Sequence record: PV660448
Reading direction: 5' to 3' (one strand)
DNA length: 64,000 bases
From: Escherichia phage LF82-4
Part shown: positions 1 to 10,673 of the stretch, piece by piece
How the letters are laid out: each line of letters begins with the position of its first letter
Numbering within the stretch: the first letter of the stretch is position 1
Position numbers and translations under genes: made by a program
The notes under the pieces: model-generated
What the model saw: only the letters and a program-made list of their open reading frames with translations
Told to the model about the DNA's origin: nothing
Databases searched by the model: none

Positions 1-89
1 ATACCGTCCATAACAAAAGGCCATTGAGCAAAGTTACTTAATGCACATGACGGCCACTTGAAATTACTTCTTATTTCTAATTCAGACAT
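1..89 (-). CDS. hypothetical protein, N-terminal fragment (gene continues beyond window start)
   Basis: ATG at 87-89 overlapping stop of ORF 82-300; frame open to window edge. Confidence 0.3.
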   Translation of the reverse strand, partial: MSELEIRSNFKWPSCALSNFAQWPFVMDG

Positions 90-300
90 CTTTAACACTT
101 ATAATTTCAACATCAGCCCAATGACCATATCCGGGTATACGGTCTTCGATAGATAAATTTCCGTCATTTTTAGGCATTTTAATTGACGTAACGTATGGTT
201 CTAAACGGTTTTCTGCATAATACGGAAAAACGTCTGTTACACGATAAGTAACTTCAATCATTTCCGTACCAAACAATTTCTGGATTAATTTATTCAACAT
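82..300 (-). CDS. hypothetical small early protein (72 aa)
   Basis: ORF track; part of tightly packed minus-strand array with coupled stop/start overlaps. Confidence 0.4.
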   Translation of the reverse strand: MLNKLIQKLFGTEMIEVTYRVTDVFPYYAENRLEPYVTSIKMPKNDGNLSIEDRIPGYGHWADVEIISVKDV

Positions 301-487
301 GTTTCAACCCTTTAATAGGAGATAACTCTTTACCCATACGTATGTCAGAAGTCCAATCAACCCATTGAACAGCATACGCTTCATTGATAATTCCAGCGGC
401 GGTTTTAAATTCAGGGAGAACTTTAAAAATCACCCCAGGAATTCCAACACCTTTTAATTGGACTGTTTGTGCTATTAAAAATTTCAT
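290..487 (-). CDS. hypothetical small early protein (65 aa)
   Basis: ORF track; early promoter immediately upstream at 512-542. Confidence 0.45.
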   Translation of the reverse strand: MKFLIAQTVQLKGVGIPGVIFKVLPEFKTAAGIINEAYAVQWVDWTSDIRMGKELSPIKGLKHVE

Positions 488-511
488 ATTTTTCCACTTA
501 CTAAAGAAATC

Positions 512-542
512 ATTATACTCTAATCCGTCCTTGGATGTAAAC
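512..542 (-). promoter_or_regulatory. T4-type early promoter (GTTTAC -35, TATAAT -10)
   Basis: minus-strand GTTTACATCCAAGGACGGATTAGAGTATAAT upstream of ORF 290-487. Confidence 0.55.
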
Positions 543-1156
543 TACTTAATGAAATTAATTTCTACCGGATGAACAACAGGTTGAGCAGTGATATATTGAG
601 TAATTGCTTTCATGACTAGAGCTTCAGAGCCAGGATTTTTCTCAACGAATTCACGTGCTTGGTTATGAGCTTCAAGTTCACTTAGTAAACCACTTCGTTG
701 ACATCCACGGTCTTGAGTACCCTGTTCAGATAAAAAGGCGACGATGTATTTTTCATCGTCATAAGGTTTAGGCAGTTGAGCAAACGTTCCTTTACTTCCG
801 AAAGGAGAGTTATGACGCCACATATCGCCGTGAGGAGTTTCAACCTTCGTATATTCGTGCGGGCCATTTTTCTTAATTTCTTGATGTGGAACTTCATGGA
901 CCTTAGGGTTAGGACATTCAATAAAATGCTCGTCTAAATCGGTCGAGAATATTAAAGTAAAACAATTACTGAATTTACCAACACCTGCCTGATAAATTTT
1001 ACCTTCAGAAGTTCTAATTTCACAAACTGAGCCGGCATCAGTAACTTCTAAAACTTCAAAAGGCTCGATAAGGTCATATGAGAACATGTTTTTAAGGCGT
1101 GGAGTAATATCCCCATTTTTAAAATTCATTTTATAAAAAGTATTAACTTTAAACAT
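542..1156 (-). CDS. hypothetical protein (204 aa), His-rich
   Basis: ORF track; no domain recognised by eye. Confidence 0.5.
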   Translation of the reverse strand: MFKVNTFYKMNFKNGDITPRLKNMFSYDLIEPFEVLEVTDAGSVCEIRTSEGKIYQAGVGKFSNCFTLIFSTDLDEHFIECPNPKVHEVPHQEIKKNGPHEYTKVETPHGDMWRHNSPFGSKGTFAQLPKPYDDEKYIVAFLSEQGTQDRGCQRSGLLSELEAHNQAREFVEKNPGSEALVMKAITQYITAQPVVHPVEINFIK

Positions 1157-1191
1157 AATTTCCTCAGTGGGAGCCGAAGCTCCCAGTTAAA

Positions 1192-1620
1192 TTAGATATC
1201 GAATTCATTAAGAACTACATCAAAGATTGCTTCCAGGTGTTCAGGTTTAGCTCGGTTGCTCAGGATGTGACGAATCCAAGTTTTAACCAGAAGCTTACGA
1301 TTAACACCGTTCCAGCAAGGATGAGTACCTAAATCACGCTGACGGAAATCGTCATCTAATGCAATTTTGAAGTTGGAACCTTCCATCGTGATTGAAACCG
1401 TGATGCCATTTTCAAATCGCATATAAACGTAATTAGGAGTCATGCACTGTTCGATTTCACATACTGAACCATTTTTATGTTTCCATAAGCAAATAACTTC
1501 AGAAGAACCAGCGATACCGTTAGAAACATATTTACGTTCGAAGTTGATGTAGTTCATTTTATTCTCCAGATGTTTAAGTTGTTTGTTGGTACAGGTATAT
1601 AATAACATAACCTGTACCAA
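1192..1620 (-). CDS. hypothetical protein (start may be internal Met near 1557)
   Basis: ORF track; N-terminal 21 codons may be untranslated leader. Confidence 0.45.
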   Translation of the reverse strand: MVQVMLLYTCTNKQLKHLENKMNYINFERKYVSNGIAGSSEVICLWKHKNGSVCEIEQCMTPNYVYMRFENGITVSITMEGSNFKIALDDDFRQRDLGTHPCWNGVNRKLLVKTWIRHILSNRAKPEHLEAIFDVVLNEFDI

Positions 1621-1631
1621 AGTAAACTGTT

Positions 1632-2000
1632 TTATGCAACTTTAATCCAATTGTCTAAATTTAAAACACCTTTGGCTTTCATTTTTTCGATCAGGTTATC
1701 TGCTGTAATGCGTCCATTTTGATACCATGTAACATCTTCAGAGTAACCAGTTTCTTCGTCAACATATGTTTCTGAACGAATTTTACCTGTAATAATAGTT
1801 TTTAATTCGTATGTGTCACCTGTGAAAAAGTTTGCTAACACAATTTTCCAAGAGAAATCATCAGAAGGACCTTCAGGGGTCATACAACCTACGAACTCAA
1901 ATTGCTCTTTGTATAACATCCACTGGAATTCTTTAATTTCGATAGCTTTATAACCGTCGTGGTCTTTACATTTGATGTATGAGTTCAGATTGATTTTCAT
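1632..2000 (-). CDS. hypothetical protein (122 aa)
   Basis: ORF track; ATG at 1998-2000; promoter upstream. Confidence 0.5.
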   Translation of the reverse strand: MKINLNSYIKCKDHDGYKAIEIKEFQWMLYKEQFEFVGCMTPEGPSDDFSWKIVLANFFTGDTYELKTIITGKIRSETYVDEETGYSEDVTWYQNGRITADNLIEKMKAKGVLNLDNWIKVA

Positions 2001-2042
2001 TTTGTTCTCCGGTTTGTTTTATTGATTAGGTGGTACAAGTCT

Positions 2043-2071
2043 ATAGTAACACATCCTACAGGAGAGTAAAC
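2043..2071 (-). promoter_or_regulatory. T4-type early promoter
   Basis: minus-strand GTTTAC-N17-TACTAT between terminator hairpin and ORF 1632-2000. Confidence 0.5.
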
Positions 2072-2100
2072 ACTTTTTTTAAACTTTTTCTGCCCTAAAC

Positions 2101-2126
2101 GCACAAAAGGGAGACCGAAGTCTCCC
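2101..2126 (-). terminator. rho-independent terminator hairpin (GGGAGAC-CGAA-GTCTCCC plus T-run)
   Basis: perfect 7-bp stem with tetraloop followed by TTTTGTGC on minus strand, just after stop of small basic ORF. Confidence 0.6.
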
Positions 2127-2131
2127 TAAAA

Positions 2132-2311
2132 TTATGCAACAACCTTTCCAAAACGAGAAGCATCATCTCGAAGAACTGCACGTGCTCTGCGCATGATCTT
2201 CTCAACTGTTTGATTAATACGAGAGTTCGACCCACGCTTGTATCCAGCGCGTTTAGAGGTACCATCAACTTTCTTTTCAACTGCTTTCTTTGCTTTAGCT
2301 TGTTTTGCCAT
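2132..2311 (-). CDS. small lysine/arginine-rich basic protein (59 aa), below ORF-track size cut-off
   Basis: manual translation MAKQAKAKKAVEKKVDGTSKRAGYKRG...; ATG at 2309-2311, TAA at 2132-2134, terminator immediately downstream. Confidence 0.4.
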   Translation of the reverse strand: MAKQAKAKKAVEKKVDGTSKRAGYKRGSNSRINQTVEKIMRRARAVLRDDASRFGKVVA

Positions 2312-2474
2312 TATAAATTCTCTTTAAATGAAAATGCAGGACTTATTGACATTGCCTGCGCAAGCCCTCAAGGGGAACATAGGTTTTGGATATTTAACGA
2401 CAGGATAACCATAAACCCGTCATCATACCTACCATGACTTACACAGCTAACCTTTTGCTGACGCATGATAGCAA

Positions 2475-2723
2475 TTATTTCAAAGTAATAACAAAATGAC
2501 GAACTGCTTTACGAGCTGCAGAAGCCAGAGGCTTAGCATATTTCAGTTCATCTTTTGCTTCCAGTTCAGCAGCCAGAGTAGCCTGAGCAGGATTCAGATG
2601 TTTGAAATATCGCAGGATTTCCAGTGCTTCGGCTTCAACATCAATTGAAGCGCCGTAGTTTTCGTGACCGTTATTCCATGCGTTGCGTTGCAGTTCAAGA
2701 GCGTGTTGTAATTGTTTAATCAT
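2475..2723 (-). CDS. rIII: rIII lysis-inhibition accessory protein
   Basis: 82 aa, same length and position as T4 rIII (downstream of gene 31). Confidence 0.7.
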   Translation of the reverse strand: MIKQLQHALELQRNAWNNGHENYGASIDVEAEALEILRYFKHLNPAQATLAAELEAKDELKYAKPLASAARKAVRHFVITLK

Positions 2724-2847
2724 TTTAAATTCTCAATTCGAGATAATATTTAGTAGCCACGTTCGTCTGAATTTCACCTTCTTTCGACAAGTCTCTCAGT
2801 TGTAGGCTACCGCTTAGAAGAGTGTTCTCTTCATATAGTTATTTATA

Positions 2848-3180
2848 TCACTTATAAAGACACGGAATAGCTTTATAGTGGCATGTTACGAATTTCTGTT
2901 TAATTTCTTTAGGTTGTTTAAGTCCCAAAGCCACAAATGGATGTGGAACATTTCGAATTTGTCCAACTGGTAGTGGAGTCAAATCACCGACTTCAACAAA
3001 ACCTTCAGGAACATCAGGACCTACAGAATGAACTACGCATAGTTCAGGAACTTCACCTTGAACACGTTTACCAATCACAAGTCCTGATTCGGTAACTTCT
3101 TCATCACCTGCTTGAGCGGGTTCAGAAACCAGAATGACATATTCACCAACAGCACGAATTGGGAGTTGTACTTCAGACAT
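2848..3180 (-). CDS. 31: gp31 co-chaperonin (GroES analogue for capsid protein folding)
   Basis: 110 aa; recalled strong similarity to T4 gp31; position between cd and rIII. Confidence 0.85.
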   Translation of the reverse strand: MSEVQLPIRAVGEYVILVSEPAQAGDEEVTESGLVIGKRVQGEVPELCVVHSVGPDVPEGFVEVGDLTPLPVGQIRNVPHPFVALGLKQPKEIKQKFVTCHYKAIPCLYK

Positions 3181-3210
3181 CTTATTTCCTTGTTGTTTGA
3201 CGATAGATTA

Positions 3211-3235
3211 ATAATACCATACTATTCGTAAAGCA
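3211..3235 (-). promoter_or_regulatory. middle-type promoter (MotA box TGCTTTA about 12 bp upstream of TATTAT)
   Basis: minus-strand ATGCTTTACGAATAGTATGGTATTAT upstream of gene 31. Confidence 0.5.
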
Positions 3236-3237
3236 TA

Positions 3238-3546
3238 TTACATAAGAAGCAAACGTTCTACCGGAGTACCATCAACCGAAATTACTTTATCAAGGCGGAA
3301 AGAACGCCACTGACCTAACTTGGTATCGAATGCTCGAACTGATTCACGAGGTTCATAACGAACTTCTGTTGCTGGATTGTTATTGACATATTTGACTTCA
3401 AGTTCATCGCGCGAAGCAAACATAGTGCGTACATCACCGTTAGCCTTTTCAAATACAACACAATGAACGCCTACAGACAGAATAGTTTTAATACGTTCAC
3501 GAAGAACCATAGTTTCTTGTTCAGTTAAAATCATATTATTCACCAC
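3238..3546 (-). CDS. hypothetical protein (102 aa), position of T4 31.1/31.2
   Basis: ORF track; synteny. Confidence 0.5.
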   Translation of the reverse strand: MVNNMILTEQETMVLRERIKTILSVGVHCVVFEKANGDVRTMFASRDELEVKYVNNNPATEVRYEPRESVRAFDTKLGQWRSFRLDKVISVDGTPVERLLLM

Positions 3547-4117
3547 AAAAGTTTCGGATTTGTTCCCAATTCAGAGAACGAAGATTATTACGAGAGTACT
3601 GAATTACTTCAATACCAGCTTGTTTTAGAATATCTGCCCAATTTTCAGGAGATCGGTCGTATAATTCTGCGTATACAACCTTTTTAATACCTGACTGCGT
3701 AATAGCTTTAGTGCAATCAGGACACGGAGAAAGCGTAGTATATAACGTAGCACCTTCAATAGAATTACCTTTACGAGCGGCAAACAAAATTGCATTCAAT
3801 TCTGCATGGATTTCATTATTAGCAGACCATGCACTATGAGCAGCTCGATGTTCTTTGGCTAAAACAAAATTATCTACCCGTCCAAATGCTGTAGTGCCTT
3901 CTTTATGTCCAGCAACGATGACTGGGATTGGTTTATTCTTCAACCAACCATTTTCAGATGCATGTTCGCAACAGTTAACGCCACCTGCAGGTGAACCGTT
4001 ATATCCAGTAGAGATAATGCGTCCATCTTTTTCAATGACGGCACCAACTTTCCATGAACAACATTTTGATTCTTGAGAAATCAGATATGCAATCTGAAGG
4101 TATGTGCTAGCTTTCAT
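3536..4117 (-). CDS. cd: dCMP deaminase
   Basis: 193 aa; cytidine/dCMP deaminase zinc motifs (HAE...PC..C); recalled similarity to T4 Cd. Confidence 0.85.
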   Translation of the reverse strand: MKASTYLQIAYLISQESKCCSWKVGAVIEKDGRIISTGYNGSPAGGVNCCEHASENGWLKNKPIPVIVAGHKEGTTAFGRVDNFVLAKEHRAAHSAWSANNEIHAELNAILFAARKGNSIEGATLYTTLSPCPDCTKAITQSGIKKVVYAELYDRSPENWADILKQAGIEVIQYSRNNLRSLNWEQIRNFCGE

Positions 4118-5109
4118 TATTGAACCTTATTAATATAAGTTAACAGCTCTTTAGTTTGTTCCCAACTGATGCACGCATCGGTAACGGAAACGCCATAGGA
4201 CATATTATCAGAAATTTTTTGATTTCCTTCATGTAGGAACGATTCTATCATAATTCCTTTGACCAAATCATTAGCTGCTAAATTTTTACCAATACCAATT
4301 TGATTGCTATAATGCCCATCAGCGTTTGCATGGCTACAGTCAACCATTACATAATGATTCAGACCTACTGCCCTTGCTTTGTTAGAAGCTTCTTGAATAT
4401 CAGAAGAATGATAGTTCGGGCCGTTGGTCCCGCCACGCAATACGATATGCGTATTCTGATTACCTTCAGCTTCAACAATGCCTACAGTACCATCGACGTC
4501 CATACCCATATACCGATGAGGCCAGGCGGCACTATACATCGCGTCTGTAGCTACTTTAATAGAACCATTGGTTGCGTTCTTGAAGCCTACGCACATCGGT
4601 AGACCTGAAGCAATTTCACGATGTGTCTGACTTTCAGTCGTACGGGCGCCAATAGCAACCCATGAGAAAATACCAGAAAGATACTTAATCGTGAATGGGT
4701 CTAATACTTCAGTTGCTAATGGAAGTCCCATACGTAGAAGTTTACGACACAATGTTCGTGCAACTATAAGACCGTGGTTCATATCAAAACTTCCGTCAAG
4801 ATATGGATCATTTACAAGACCTTTCCAACCTACGGTAGTTCGAGGCTTTTCAAAATAAACGCGCATCACTAACAGAACATTAGGAAGACGAGTTTGAAGT
4901 TCAGCCAGACGTTTGCCGTATTCAACCGCGGCAATAGGGTCATGAATTGAACAAGGACCTACAACAATAAGTTTGCGTGGGTCTTCACCGTTCATAATCG
5001 AATTAACTTGTTCGCGATGAGAAGCCACTTGTGATGCGTAAGCTTCCGACAAAGGAATAATCTCAGCCAGTTCTTTTGGAGAAATAAGTTTTCCGACGAC
5101 AGGTAACAT
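4117..5109 (-). CDS. 3-deoxy-D-arabino-heptulosonate-7-phosphate (DAHP) synthase, class I (AroG/AroF/AroH-like)
   Basis: 330 aa with hallmark motifs LIVVGPCSIHD, RVYFEKPRTTVGWKGL, GARTTESQTHRE, GFKN, DCSHAN, ESFLHEGNQ, VTDACI; stop/start overlap with cd. Confidence 0.8.
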   Translation of the reverse strand: MLPVVGKLISPKELAEIIPLSEAYASQVASHREQVNSIMNGEDPRKLIVVGPCSIHDPIAAVEYGKRLAELQTRLPNVLLVMRVYFEKPRTTVGWKGLVNDPYLDGSFDMNHGLIVARTLCRKLLRMGLPLATEVLDPFTIKYLSGIFSWVAIGARTTESQTHREIASGLPMCVGFKNATNGSIKVATDAMYSAAWPHRYMGMDVDGTVGIVEAEGNQNTHIVLRGGTNGPNYHSSDIQEASNKARAVGLNHYVMVDCSHANADGHYSNQIGIGKNLAANDLVKGIMIESFLHEGNQKISDNMSYGVSVTDACISWEQTKELLTYINKVQ

Positions 5110-5229
5110 AACAATCCTTAGGAGATATAAACAGATTCTGATTCAACAATACCTTTAACCGGATTAGACAGGCTAAGTTGGTAGTGCTCAGATTTATGAC
5201 CATTCTCGATAGTAATGAGATAGCTCTCA

Positions 5230-5466
5230 TTATAGTGTTCCATATACTCGAGTTGCTTCAACAAGACCATCACTGCCTAATTTAAGATTAGTAATTTGGT
5301 CACCATCTTTAGGATTAACGATTATGAGAAAAGAACGTGGAGATTCTTGAATAACTCGTAATGTTGCATCCTGGAAACGTTCAGACACTTTATTGATGAG
5401 TGCTTGAGCAAATTCTTTTACTTTAATCTGAAATTCGTGTACTGTAATTGGATTTTCACTTAGCAT
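5230..5466 (-). CDS. hypothetical protein (about 78 aa; start at internal Met after promoter)
   Basis: ORF track ORF 5230-5571 trimmed to first ATG downstream of promoter 5495-5524 with RBS GAGGAAA. Confidence 0.4.
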   Translation of the reverse strand: MLSENPITVHEFQIKVKEFAQALINKVSERFQDATLRVIQESPRSFLIIVNPKDGDQITNLKLGSDGLVEATRVYGTL

Positions 5467-5494
5467 TTCAATTTCCTCATTTGTTGGTAGAGTT

Positions 5495-5524
5495 ATAGTA
5501 TCACAACTCCACCATGTTGTAAAC
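5495..5524 (-). promoter_or_regulatory. T4-type early promoter
   Basis: minus-strand GTTTAC-N18-TACTAT. Confidence 0.5.
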
Positions 5525-5800
5525 TTAAATTGCAAAACATTTAATTTCTTGTGAATCGAAATCAACTTCACACTGAATTACTAGTTCAGCATCAAGACCA
5601 AACACAACAATCACATGAGCCGAGCTGGGCAACAATGTAACAGACACAGAATCCACTTGGTCAGGCACCAGAGTATTCAAAACGTAGAGTAGTTCAGAGT
5701 GGACCTTAAGCTCGGTAGCAGTATCCAGCTTATCAAAGAAATGATTTGCGATAATCTGACTAAAAACGACCTTTACAATTTCAGAATATTTAGGGAACAT
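5525..5800 (-). CDS. hypothetical protein (91 aa)
   Basis: ORF track. Confidence 0.4.
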   Translation of the reverse strand: MFPKYSEIVKVVFSQIIANHFFDKLDTATELKVHSELLYVLNTLVPDQVDSVSVTLLPSSAHVIVVFGLDAELVIQCEVDFDSQEIKCFAI

Positions 5801-5807
5801 AATTACC

Positions 5808-6032
5808 TCAGTGTACAGTATTTACTTTAACTCGAACAACAAATTGCTCGGTCGGTTCGCCTACAGGAACAAACTCTACATGATATTCGCCTTTGTAACG
5901 AGTATTCAGGTCGTTACGAATTTCGGTAAGCTTGTTGATTAATGTAGAACTCATATTAAGTCCTACTAGTTTACGAAGCATTTTGTATGCTTCATCTTCG
6001 ATTTCATGATGTTTATCGTACATAATTTTCAT
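5808..6032 (-). CDS. hypothetical protein (74 aa)
   Basis: ORF track. Confidence 0.4.
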   Translation of the reverse strand: MKIMYDKHHEIEDEAYKMLRKLVGLNMSSTLINKLTEIRNDLNTRYKGEYHVEFVPVGEPTEQFVVRVKVNTVH

Positions 6033-6203
6033 TTAACCATTCAATTGCCTGGTCGACGTTATCAAATATACCACCGTCCAAACGTTCTTCATGCTCATAG
6101 TCCAGCACATCAATACCGAACTGTCCATTTACTAAAGGCCAGGCTACAAACAAATATTCTTTATGCTGTTCGATGGCCTCAATCACTTCATATAATCGTT
6201 TCA

Positions 6204-6204
<1 letters not shown>
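6013..6204 (-). CDS. hypothetical protein (63 aa)
   Basis: ORF track; ATGA overlap with pseT stop. Confidence 0.4.
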
Positions 6205-7290
<1,086 letters not shown>

Positions 7291-7291
<1 letters not shown>

Positions 7292-7590
7292 TATTTTATT
7301 CCTAAGAAAGTTTCAAGAATACGAATGTTATGCTCGCGCCGGTCTTTATTAATTTCAGCAACGTTTTTATTAATTGACGTACTTCTAACGTTTGAAGAAA
7401 TAAATTTAATCATATGACTTTTGAGTTGTTGCAAATCCAACCCTTTTTCTTTAGCAGCTTTACGAAGAGCTTTACCTGCTTCATCTAGTGCCTTTGCTGC
7501 ATCTTTGTCATAATTGCCAAGTGACATTCCACGACAGATATCAATATACTCATCAGACCGTTTGATGTAATTCTCTAGTAATGTTTTCAT
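7291..7590 (-). CDS. hypothetical protein (99 aa)
   Basis: ORF track; promoter upstream. Confidence 0.45.
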
Positions 7591-7618
7591 TTAGATTTCC
7601 TCAATTATCCATAGGAGC

Positions 7619-7648
7619 ATTATAATCTGCTCCTGAGAGTTTGTAAAC
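7619..7648 (-). promoter_or_regulatory. T4-type early promoter embedded in inverted repeat AGGAGCA/TGCTCCT
   Basis: minus-strand GTTTAC-N18-TTATAAT. Confidence 0.5.
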
Positions 7649-7872
7649 TATTTTACTAAAGATTCAATATACTCGTGAAGAGCTTTAGTCGCTACTGCCC
7701 ACTTATTCTGATATTCATTTTTCAGATTAGCACGAGACTGAACTAACAATCGGTCATTAGTCGGAGGCAAAGATTCTAATCGTTGAATCTGGCGCCCATA
7801 AATCATAGCCGCCATTTCAGATTCATAGATAAGCCCTTTAATGTGTTCATGCTGTTCTTTAGTCATTGGCAT
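7648..7872 (-). CDS. hypothetical protein (74 aa)
   Basis: ORF track. Confidence 0.45.
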   Translation of the reverse strand: MPMTKEQHEHIKGLIYESEMAAMIYGRQIQRLESLPPTNDRLLVQSRANLKNEYQNKWAVATKALHEYIESLVK

Positions 7873-8153
7873 TTTTCCTCTTTTAAACCACTACGATAAT
7901 AACATAACATAGTCTTCTGGTCATGTACATATCTTTTTACGTCGTTTAACCAGATACGAAATTCTTGAGAGTCTTCAAATGGCATTCCAACCCATGGATT
8001 ACCATCAATAACCTTTACTTGCCATTTCTGGTTATATTCAACAATAGATTCAGGCCATTGTGGATGTAAAGTTTCTTTAGGGCTTAAGGGCACATCCTGG
8101 GCACATCCAGCCAAAATGCCAATAGATAATACAACTGCGGATAATTTAATCAT
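7863..8153 (-). CDS. predicted lipoprotein (96 aa)
   Basis: N-terminal signal with lipobox LAGC. Confidence 0.5.
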   Translation of the reverse strand: MIKLSAVVLSIGILAGCAQDVPLSPKETLHPQWPESIVEYNQKWQVKVIDGNPWVGMPFEDSQEFRIWLNDVKRYVHDQKTMLCYYRSGLKEEKCQ

Positions 8154-8506
8154 TCTGAGAGCTTCCTGAGGTCTTCTGCAAAGGAATCGAAGGACCTGTT
8201 GATTTGTTTTTCGACCAATCCTGGCTTACTTGCCACCACGTTCTTCTTCTTCGAATCCTTACGGAGCTTTTCATTTTCAGCCTTAAGTTGGTCAACTAAA
8301 ACACGGTTCTTATAAGTCATTTCTTCGATTGACTGATATTGAACTTTGAAGTCGTCTAATACTTTAGCATTGTTTTTAGCAGCCTCTTTAACAGAGGCCA
8401 ATTCAGTATTCAACGAATCAACTTTGTTGTTTAAGACAACTATTGTTACCGTAGAAACTAGAGCAAAAGCTGCTACTATAGCGTAAATCGGATTTACTTT
8501 AAGCAT
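8150..8506 (-). CDS. hypothetical membrane-anchored coiled-coil protein (118 aa)
   Basis: N-terminal hydrophobic helix then charged K/E-rich region. Confidence 0.45.
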   Translation of the reverse strand: MLKVNPIYAIVAAFALVSTVTIVVLNNKVDSLNTELASVKEAAKNNAKVLDDFKVQYQSIEEMTYKNRVLVDQLKAENEKLRKDSKKKNVVASKPGLVEKQINRSFDSFAEDLRKLSE

Positions 8507-8994
8507 GTTTTAATAATCTCAATGATTTCATCTCGGGATAATCCATTGATAAGAACGGTTTTCAAACCATCACACTGGATTTTGTACGATTCAAACAATA
8601 CACACAACTCTTCTGCTGTATGATATGGACTTGAGATTCCGAGGCGGTTGAATTTGTCGGTAAGAGGGTCGCAAATAATGTAGAATTTTATGCCTGCGAT
8701 ATGTACGTTTGGTTGACTAATATTAATGAACACATTAGCGTCATATTTAGTCAAATTGTTTTGAAGAAATTCTACCATAGCATTAACTGCTTCCGGCATC
8801 GCTTCACGTTTCTCTTCGGTGTAACGTGTTGAATATTCCTTTTGCTTTAACTTCTTTTTAGCATTTTTCGCTAGAGTAGTACGAAGGTCCGTAAGATAAC
8901 CAACTGCACGGCCTTTCTTAAAGACCCGGATTCCATCTGTAGAATCACCAAATGCTGCCACAACCATATCGTTAGTAATCAATTGCATATTCAT
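8494..8994 (-). CDS. alc: Alc (blocks host transcription on cytosine DNA), start at internal ATG 8992-8994
   Basis: about 166 aa from ATG preceded by RBS GAGGAG and early promoter; position between pseT cluster and rnlA as in T4. Confidence 0.6.
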   Translation of the reverse strand: MNMQLITNDMVVAAFGDSTDGIRVFKKGRAVGYLTDLRTTLAKNAKKKLKQKEYSTRYTEEKREAMPEAVNAMVEFLQNNLTKYDANVFINISQPNVHIAGIKFYIICDPLTDKFNRLGISSPYHTAEELCVLFESYKIQCDGLKTVLINGLSRDEIIEIIKTCLK

Positions 8995-9024
8995 AATTTT
9001 CTCCTCGTGTTGTTGATAAAAACC

Positions 9025-9054
9025 ATAGTAACACCATCCTTGGTGTTTGTAAAC
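9025..9054 (-). promoter_or_regulatory. T4-type early promoter
   Basis: minus-strand GTTTAC-N18-TACTAT upstream of alc. Confidence 0.5.
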
Positions 9055-9056
9055 CA

Positions 9057-10190
<1,134 letters not shown>

Positions 10191-10207
10191 TCAGTTAGTT
10201 TTTTTAA

Positions 10208-10237
10208 ATTGTACCACAATCCTTGTGGTATGTAAAC
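10208..10237 (-). promoter_or_regulatory. T4-type early promoter with 8-bp inverted repeat in spacer
   Basis: minus-strand GTTTAC-N18-TACAAT upstream of rnlA. Confidence 0.5.
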
Positions 10238-10647
10238 TACTTTTTCTTATGTTGGATATTCCAAGGCGGGTTGAACTTTTTGATAAAAAGTGGTTCTTCA
10301 AGGTCCATTGTTGCAATGGTCATTGAACCAAGTTCGTTAGTGACTGAAAGGTCAAAACATTGGCGGGCCCAGAATTCAACCTTTTTGCCTTGCATTAAGG
10401 CATCCAAAATCATAAGTGATTTTCTTGAATCTGAAGTCTGGTCTTTTCGATTTATGGCTGTTCGATAATAGTTAATGCGTTTCTTTAAATTCTTGGTTTT
10501 ACCAATATACACAAGTTCGTCATCTATAGCAATAGCGTATATGACATTTTTCTTATTAGGGGCATCAATGGTTTTAATTGTTGCATCTTCTAATAGCTCC
10601 AATTCTATATATTTAATAAAGGAATATTCGGCGGCAATATCTTTCAT
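10237..10647 (-). CDS. denA: endonuclease II (GIY-YIG family)
   Basis: 136 aa; motif VIYAIAIDDELVYIGKTKNLKKRINYYR; recalled near-identity to T4 DenA. Confidence 0.85.
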   Translation of the reverse strand: MKDIAAEYSFIKYIELELLEDATIKTIDAPNKKNVIYAIAIDDELVYIGKTKNLKKRINYYRTAINRKDQTSDSRKSLMILDALMQGKKVEFWARQCFDLSVTNELGSMTIATMDLEEPLFIKKFNPPWNIQHKKK

Positions 10648-10649
10648 AA

Positions 10650-10669
10650 TAAAGTGGGACCGAAGTCCC
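10650..10669 (-). terminator. stem-loop GGGAC-CGAA-GTCCC (terminator or RBS-sequestering hairpin)
   Basis: between nrdB stop and denA start. Confidence 0.45.
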
Positions 10670-10673
10670 GTCC

